A stretch of 64,000 nucleotides of DNA, taken from Pseudomonadota bacterium. GTDB lineage: Bacteria; Pseudomonadota; Alphaproteobacteria; Rickettsiales; SXRF01. Below, piece after piece: positions 58,158 to 64,000 of this stretch. The notes under the pieces are model-generated. The model did not search any database. It was not told the DNA's origin and worked only from the letters and a program-made list of their open reading frames with translations. Location of the stretch: the NCBI GenBank assembly GCA_963205195.1, contig CAUJHR010000023.1, positions 11,641 to 75,640 on the forward strand, given 5' to 3'. The position numbers were made by a program, and so were the translations under genes. Numbering within the stretch: the first letter of the stretch is position 1; each line of letters opens with the position of its first letter.

Positions 58158-60284
58158 ATGCGTATAAACCAACCTATTACCAGCAAAGAAATATTGTTAA
58201 ATGATGATACGCTGATTGTTTCCCGTACGGATGCAAAAGGGAGGCTGACTTTTGTAAATAAGGCATTTATTGAAATTTCGGGATTTACCAAAGAAGAGCT
58301 GATAGGTCAGCCCCATAATATTGTACGCCATCCCGATATGCCTGTCGAAGCTTTTGAAGATTTATGGACCGACTTGAAAGCAGGCATACCTTGGGGCGGC
58401 TATGTAAAAAACCGCTGCAAAAATGGTGATTACTACTGGGTTTATGCAAATGCCGCACCCTCGATTGAGGATGGGAAATTCACAGGATATATATCGATCC
58501 GTACAAAGCCGGAAAGGAAAGTGGTTTCTGAAATAGATGGCATTTACAAGAAATTCAGAGAAAATAATGCCAAGGGCCTCTCTATAAAACATGGGCGTGT
58601 ATTAAGCAATTCTTTTGCTGCGCGGCTATCTAGGAAATTTGAATTGCTTGGAGTGAAGATCTCTTCAGTTGCTGCTGCATTATGCTTTATGATGCTTTTA
58701 ATTGGTGGGATGGGCTTATTCCTGAGCAATCAAATGACGAATTCCCTGCGTACGGTATATGAGGACCGTACCGTCCCAGCTGGGCAGCTTTCTGGTATAA
58801 ATTCCCTGATGGACCAGAACATGCTAAGCATATCAATTATGGCAACAGGGAATTCGCAAGATAGTTCTGTGTTGCTTGAACAGATAGATAAAAATATCTA
58901 CAAAATCACAGAAAGCTGGGCTGCTTACATGGCAACCTATCTTACGCCTGAAGAAGAAATCTTAGCCAAAAAATATGCTGTTGAACGAAAAGATTTCCTT
59001 GATAATGGGCTGATTCCAGCCATTGCTTTGGCCAAAGATGGAAAAACCAGCGAGCTTGCCGGCTTCCTTCCTAAACTAATGCTATTATTTAAAAAGGCAT
59101 CTAATACCAACGCTGAGCTGATTGATTTGCAGCTTTCTGTAGCCGGGCAGGAATATAAGATTGGCCAGGATAATTTTAAAATAGGATTTTGGTTAGATCT
59201 AGGCGTAATTTTATTTGGCGTAGGGTTTGCGTTTTTATCATCACGCTATCTTCATAAATTTTTCAGCAATAAATTATCATATCTTGGATCGCGGCTTACT
59301 TCGATCCTGGGCGGCAATTTAAATACAGAAATAGAAGCAACTGAAGACGAACTGGGGAATATACTGGTAACTCTGAAAGCAATTCAATCCAAGCTTGCTT
59401 ATGCGGATTATGAAAAGGCAGAAGTCGAGCAGGATAAAAAGGAAATGCAGGAAAAGCTGGCCAATGATTTTGAGCAGAGTGTAAAGGGAATAGTAAATAT
59501 TGTAGCTGCGGCGTCTACCGAATTGTCGCAGACTGCACAGAATATGATGGTCGCTATTAAAGGCAGTACAGCCAAAACGAGCGATGCAACAAGCGCCGCA
59601 TCCGTTACAATGTCGAATGTCCAGGCTGTGGCTGCGGCAACAGAGGAGCTTTCCTCATCTGTAAGGGAAATATCCAGCCAGTTCCATAAAACTACCAGCC
59701 TTGTTACCCAATCAGGCGAAAAAACATCTAATGCAGATGCCCTTGCCAATGCACTAACGCAATCATCTGATAAGGTAAGCAATGCCATGGAAATGATTTC
59801 AGAAATTTCCGGGCAGATAAATTTACTAGCCCTTAATGCTACAATTGAATCAGCGAGAGCAGGGGAAGCAGGAAAAGGTTTTGCTGTTGTTGCCAATGAA
59901 GTTAAGAACCTTGCTGGCCAGACTGATAAATCTGTTGTTGAAATAAAAGTTGTAGTTGAAGAAATGCGCGAAGCTTCTCATGCTATTGTTAGCGCGCTTA
60001 ACGAGATAAAATTATCGGTTGGCTCAATTTCTGAGGCGGCTTCCAGTGTGGCATCAGCAGTTGAGGAGCAGTCGGCAACTACTAATGAGATCGCAAAAAG
60101 CATGCAAAGCGCAGCATCAGGCACCCAAACTATATCACAAAACCTTAATGATGTTAGTAGTTCTGCATCTCAGTCAGGAAATGCTGCGGAGCAGATGTTT
60201 AATGCTTCACAGGAGCTTTCCAAACACGCCGAAGGCCTTAATACACAGGTGGATGCGTTCTTAAGCAAGATACGTGCTGCATAA
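58158..60284 (+). CDS. Methyl-accepting chemotaxis protein with an N-terminal Aer-type PAS domain plus a periplasmic helical domain
   Basis: PAS: [72 protein letters not shown]. This is followed by TM, a ~160-aa periplasmic region, TM, HAMP and [34 protein letters not shown] 58158 has AGGAG upstream. Confidence 0.9.
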   Translation: MRINQPITSKEILLNDDTLIVSRTDAKGRLTFVNKAFIEISGFTKEELIGQPHNIVRHPDMPVEAFEDLWTDLKAGIPWGGYVKNRCKNGDYYWVYANAAPSIEDGKFTGYISIRTKPERKVVSEIDGIYKKFRENNAKGLSIKHGRVLSNSFAARLSRKFELLGVKISSVAAALCFMMLLIGGMGLFLSNQMTNSLRTVYEDRTVPAGQLSGINSLMDQNMLSISIMATGNSQDSSVLLEQIDKNIYKITESWAAYMATYLTPEEEILAKKYAVERKDFLDNGLIPAIALAKDGKTSELAGFLPKLMLLFKKASNTNAELIDLQLSVAGQEYKIGQDNFKIGFWLDLGVILFGVGFAFLSSRYLHKFFSNKLSYLGSRLTSILGGNLNTEIEATEDELGNILVTLKAIQSKLAYADYEKAEVEQDKKEMQEKLANDFEQSVKGIVNIVAAASTELSQTAQNMMVAIKGSTAKTSDATSAASVTMSNVQAVAAATEELSSSVREISSQFHKTTSLVTQSGEKTSNADALANALTQSSDKVSNAMEMISEISGQINLLALNATIESARAGEAGKGFAVVANEVKNLAGQTDKSVVEIKVVVEEMREASHAIVSALNEIKLSVGSISEAASSVASAVEEQSATTNEIAKSMQSAASGTQTISQNLNDVSSSASQSGNAAEQMFNASQELSKHAEGLNTQVDAFLSKIRAA

Positions 60285-60324
60285 ATCGGCTTGAGTCTGG
60301 CATTTTAACTGCTAATCTGCGGTT

Positions 60325-62988
60325 ATGAGTCCAGTGGCGCTTGCAGAAAAAATTGTACCGGCTGATGCACAGGAAGGGGTAACCCCAACCATGCAGCAGT
60401 TTCTTGCGATCAAGGCGCGTCATGCTGATTGCATGCTTTTTTACCGGATGGGCGATTTTTATGAGCTGTTTTTTGAAGATGCTGTGCAGGCAGCTAAAAT
60501 CCTGGATATAGCACTTACTAAACGTGGCAAGCATAATGGCGAAGATATACCAATGTGCGGCGTACCTGTGCATTCCCATGAATATTATCTGGAAAAGCTG
60601 ATACGTGCTGGCGTCCGTATTGCAATTTGCGAACAGTTAGAAGAACCATCCGAGGCAAAAAAACGCGGCTATAAAGCTATAATCCAGCGCGATGTCGTGC
60701 GTATAGTAACCCCCGGTACTATCACCGAAGAGAGTTTGCTTGATGCTCGCCAGGCGAATTATCTGGCAGCTCTGGTTAAATCTTCGGTGAATGATTATGT
60801 AATAGCATGGTTGGATATTTCCACAGGTGAATTCAATGTTGCTTCTGCCAATAAACAGACTGTTTCAATGCAGCTTTCACGCATTAATGCCCGTGAATTG
60901 CTAATATCTGAGAGTCTCACCTCAGCTGATGAAATAAAGGATTTCAGGCCTATATTTGCGCCCCTTGCCGATAATCTTTTTGATTCAAGGCGCGGCGAGA
61001 GGATACTCAAAGAAACTTATAACCTGGCAAGCTTAGAGATTTTTGGCGAGTTCTCATCGCAGGAATTTTCTGCATGTGGTGCCTTGCTTGATTATATAAA
61101 GCTTACCCAGAAAGAAAAGCTGCCGCGGCTTGATGCCCCAAGAAGGGAAATAACAGGTGGGCACTTGCTTATTGATGCGGCCAGCCAGCGCAATCTTGAA
61201 ATTATGCAAACTTTGGTTGGAAAACGTAAAGGCAGTTTATTTTCTGTCGTTGATGAAACAATAACCTCGGCGGGTGCACGGCTGCTTTGTATCCAGCTTT
61301 CCGCACCCCTTACGGATATAAAAAAAATAAATGAGCGTTTGGATAATGTGCAGCTATTTACGGAAAAATCCGATCTGCGTAATACTGTACGTGCTTATTT
61401 AAAAGAATGCCCGGATATAGAGAGGGCGCTTTCACGCCTGTGTTTAAACCGCGGTGGCCCGCGTGATGCTCTGGTTATTGCGGCAGGGCTTGGTGCGGCT
61501 CAATCAGTGCGTGTGGCCCTTGAAACAATCAGCAGGGAAATCCCGGAAAATATGTATGAAATGCTGCCGGTTCTAGGTGGGCATGAAACATTATGTGAAA
61601 ATATCAAAAGCATTTTAAAGCTTGATTGCCCGCTGCTTGCGCGTGATGGCAATTTTGTGAAGCATGGTTATTCTGCGGCGCTTGATGAACTTCGTAACCT
61701 GCGTGATGAAAGCCAGAAACTGATACTTGCCCTTCAGCAGAGCTATATTGAAATGACTGGTATTTCCACATTAAAAATACGCTTCAATAATATGCTTGGG
61801 TATTTTGTAGAAATTACCCAGGCGCATCAAAACAAAATTACCAATGATTTTATCCATCGCCAGACCTTGGCTAATAATTTGCGTTATAGCACTGTAGAGC
61901 TTTCTGGTCTGGAGCGTAAAATAAGCGAGGCTGCTGCAAATGCTCTTAAATTAGAGCAGGAGATTTTTGCAAAACTGCTTGATATGATTTTGGAATGTAA
62001 TGCCAGGATTGTTGCAACAGCACGGGAATTGGCTCAAATTGATGTAAGTACTTCCCTTGCCCATCTAGCAATAAGCAATAATTATATACGGCCCCAGTTG
62101 GAAAATAGCCTGGCTTTTGATATAAAAGGTGGCAGGCATCCTGTTGTGGAGGCAAGCCTTAAAGATGGCAATATAAGCTTCATTGGTAATAGCTGCAATC
62201 TTGAAGATGCCCAGCGCCTATGGCTGCTTACAGGGCCCAATATGGCCGGTAAAAGTACATTCCTTAGACAAAATGCCCTTATTGCAATACTAGCGCAGGC
62301 CGGATCTTTTGTCCCTGCCGAATCCGTCAAAATAGGTGTTGTTGACCGGCTTTTCAGCCGTGTCGGTGCCGCTGATGACCTTGCACGCGGCCATTCCACC
62401 TTCATGGTGGAGATGGTTGAAACTGCAACCATACTTCATCAGGCAACCAGCCGTTCATTGGTTATACTCGATGAGATAGGCCGCGGAACGGCAACCTTTG
62501 ACGGCTTGTCTATCGCATGGGCGGTTGTTGAGCATTTGCATAATTCAATTAAATGCAGGGGGCTTTTTGCTACCCATTACCATGAACTTACAGAGCTTAC
62601 TTCAAGCCTTAACTCGCTTTCTTGCCATAATATGAAGGTTAAGGAGTGGAAGGGCGAGCTTATATTCCTGCATGAGGTTGCATCAGGTGCTGCTGACCGT
62701 TCTTACGGTATTCATGTAGCGCGCCTGGCCGGGCTTCCTGCGACAGTTCTTACGCGTGCCGCAGATATTTTGCACCAATTGGAGAAAGAACAGCGAAATA
62801 CCCCGCGCCTTGCTGATAGTCTTCCGCTTTTTTCTTATGAGCAGCCCAAGCAAATACCGCAGCATCTTTCCGAGCTTATACAGGAGATGGATGATATTTC
62901 ACCGGATAATCTTTCTCCGCGGGAAGCATTGGATTTGCTGTATAAATTAAAAAATAAACTTAAAAACAAGGCGGAAACCCTTGCTTAA
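60325..62988 (+). CDS. mutS: DNA mismatch repair protein MutS
   Basis: TPMMQQFLAIKA, FYRMGDFYELFFEDA, Walker A GPNMAGKST, DEIGRGT. Confidence 0.97.
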   Translation: MSPVALAEKIVPADAQEGVTPTMQQFLAIKARHADCMLFYRMGDFYELFFEDAVQAAKILDIALTKRGKHNGEDIPMCGVPVHSHEYYLEKLIRAGVRIAICEQLEEPSEAKKRGYKAIIQRDVVRIVTPGTITEESLLDARQANYLAALVKSSVNDYVIAWLDISTGEFNVASANKQTVSMQLSRINARELLISESLTSADEIKDFRPIFAPLADNLFDSRRGERILKETYNLASLEIFGEFSSQEFSACGALLDYIKLTQKEKLPRLDAPRREITGGHLLIDAASQRNLEIMQTLVGKRKGSLFSVVDETITSAGARLLCIQLSAPLTDIKKINERLDNVQLFTEKSDLRNTVRAYLKECPDIERALSRLCLNRGGPRDALVIAAGLGAAQSVRVALETISREIPENMYEMLPVLGGHETLCENIKSILKLDCPLLARDGNFVKHGYSAALDELRNLRDESQKLILALQQSYIEMTGISTLKIRFNNMLGYFVEITQAHQNKITNDFIHRQTLANNLRYSTVELSGLERKISEAAANALKLEQEIFAKLLDMILECNARIVATARELAQIDVSTSLAHLAISNNYIRPQLENSLAFDIKGGRHPVVEASLKDGNISFIGNSCNLEDAQRLWLLTGPNMAGKSTFLRQNALIAILAQAGSFVPAESVKIGVVDRLFSRVGAADDLARGHSTFMVEMVETATILHQATSRSLVILDEIGRGTATFDGLSIAWAVVEHLHNSIKCRGLFATHYHELTELTSSLNSLSCHNMKVKEWKGELIFLHEVASGAADRSYGIHVARLAGLPATVLTRAADILHQLEKEQRNTPRLADSLPLFSYEQPKQIPQHLSELIQEMDDISPDNLSPREALDLLYKLKNKLKNKAETLA

Positions 62989-63048
62989 TTAGCTGTAATA
63001 TGCTAGTTACATAAAATATCCGTAAATTATAATAAATTACATATCCCC

Positions 63049-64000
63049 ATGCAGAAATCTGTTTTGCTTATTATAACAGGCAGTATAGCCGCCTATAAGT
63101 CATTAGAGCTTATAAGGCGCCTGCGCGAACAAGGTATTATGGTGCGCTGCGTACTTACAAAATCCGGTGAACGCTTCGTAACCCCGCTATCGGTTTCTGC
63201 CCTTACAGAGAATAACGTTTATAACGATCTATGGTCGCTGAAAGACGAAACGGAAATGGGGCATATCCGCCTTTCACGTGAGGCGGATATGGTGGTGGTT
63301 GCCCCTGCGTCAGCGGATATAATCGCTAAAATGGCAAACGGTCTGGCAAACGATCTGGCAAGCGCTACTTTGCTTGCAAATAATAAGCCGCTTCTGGTTG
63401 CCCCGGCTATGAATAGTTATATGTGGAACAACCCGGCAACTAAACGCAATTTGCAGCAGATAAAAGACGATGGCGCGGAAATCATTGAGCCCGGTTCGGG
63501 CATGCTGGCCTGCGGCGAAATAGGGCAGGGGCGTATGGCTGAAGTGGATATCATAGCGGCCATGATTATCTCAAGGCTTGGAAATAAAAACCTGCCGCTA
63601 GCCGGAAAAAAAGCCCTTGTAACTGCAGGGGCAACTATAGAGGAGATAGATCCGGTACGTTTCATAAGTAATAAATCATCAGGTAAACAGGGTTATGCTA
63701 TAGCAGAGGCATTGGCGCTTGCGGGGGCTGATGTCATTTTGGTAAGCGGGGCCTCGCTGCCTGTACCTTCTAATGTAAAAATTGTAAAAATCTCCAGCGC
63801 ACAGGAAATGCTGGAAGCTTGTGAAAAATCATTACCTGTAGATATTGCGGTTTTTACCGCAGCGGTTTCTGATTTCCGCCCGCAAGATACTTCTAAAAGC
63901 AAGATAAAGAAAAAGCCGGGTGCTGCCGCCCCTATTTTAAAACTTACAGAAAATCCTGATATACTTAAAACTATTTCTACCCATAAAAAGCGCCCGCAAT
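63049..64000 (+). CDS. coaBC: Bifunctional phosphopantothenoylcysteine decarboxylase / phosphopantothenate-cysteine ligase, N-terminal part (3' end outside window)
   Basis: My translation from ATG 63049 reads MQKSVLLIITGSIAAYKSLELIRRLREQGIMVRCVLTKSGERFVTP..., continuing to PAMNSYMW and GEIGQGRMAE. The ORF runs off the window end, so it is absent from the track. Confidence 0.9.
   Translation, partial: MQKSVLLIITGSIAAYKSLELIRRLREQGIMVRCVLTKSGERFVTPLSVSALTENNVYNDLWSLKDETEMGHIRLSREADMVVVAPASADIIAKMANGLANDLASATLLANNKPLLVAPAMNSYMWNNPATKRNLQQIKDDGAEIIEPGSGMLACGEIGQGRMAEVDIIAAMIISRLGNKNLPLAGKKALVTAGATIEEIDPVRFISNKSSGKQGYAIAEALALAGADVILVSGASLPVPSNVKIVKISSAQEMLEACEKSLPVDIAVFTAAVSDFRPQDTSKSKIKKKPGAAAPILKLTENPDILKTISTHKKRPQ

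Noticed and set aside
1-64000. Scan for CRISPR arrays, tRNA/rRNA genes, IS elements, integrases, toxin-antitoxin pairs and known defence genes
   Set aside because: All intergenic gaps are at most ~365 bp, AT-rich and lack cloverleaf-like GC-rich segments or spaced repeats. No ORF shows transposase, integrase, nuclease-helicase or other defence-type motifs that I recognise.

Overview
Chromosomal segment of a moderately AT-rich alphaproteobacterium. The alphaproteobacterial assignment rests on gene order: mltA-smr, msbA-DUF374-waaA-lpxK-lpxL, DUF2336 proteins, a cpa/tad locus and yfgM-like-bamB-der. Coding density is high and most of the window is housekeeping: purD, xseA, rlmN, thiSG, aroQ, scoAB, nadK, cspA, typA, uvrB, ndk, guaA, der, mutS and coaBC. 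I found no rRNA, tRNA, CRISPR array, transposase, integrase, prophage or recognisable defence island. The accessory content is envelope and behaviour related. It comprises: (1) an outer-membrane channel, a secreted CxxCH heme protein (DUF3365-like) and a chemoreceptor in a row (21.8-25.9 kb); (2) a stand-alone virB2-virB4-virB6 type IV secretion module whose VirB4 has degenerate Walker A and B motifs (29.4-34.0 kb); (3) two tandem DUF2336 paralogs behind a roughly 350-bp very AT-rich leader (35.3-38.0 kb); (4) a cpaB-tadC Flp-pilus assembly locus with no pilin or prepilin peptidase gene (41.3-49.0 kb); (5) an orphan prepilin-like protein (5.6-6.5 kb); (6) a second chemoreceptor with an Aer-type PAS domain (58.2-60.3 kb). 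Small-scale oddities include a perfect 19-bp tandem duplication of a translation-initiation region (20189-20226) and candidate operator repeats upstream of the porin, virB2 and DUF2336 genes. None of these is a clearly new system on sequence alone. The porin/heme-protein/MCP cluster, the degenerate-VirB4 module and the DUF2336 pair are the best candidates for undescribed biology. All functional calls come from reading the translations, with no database search.
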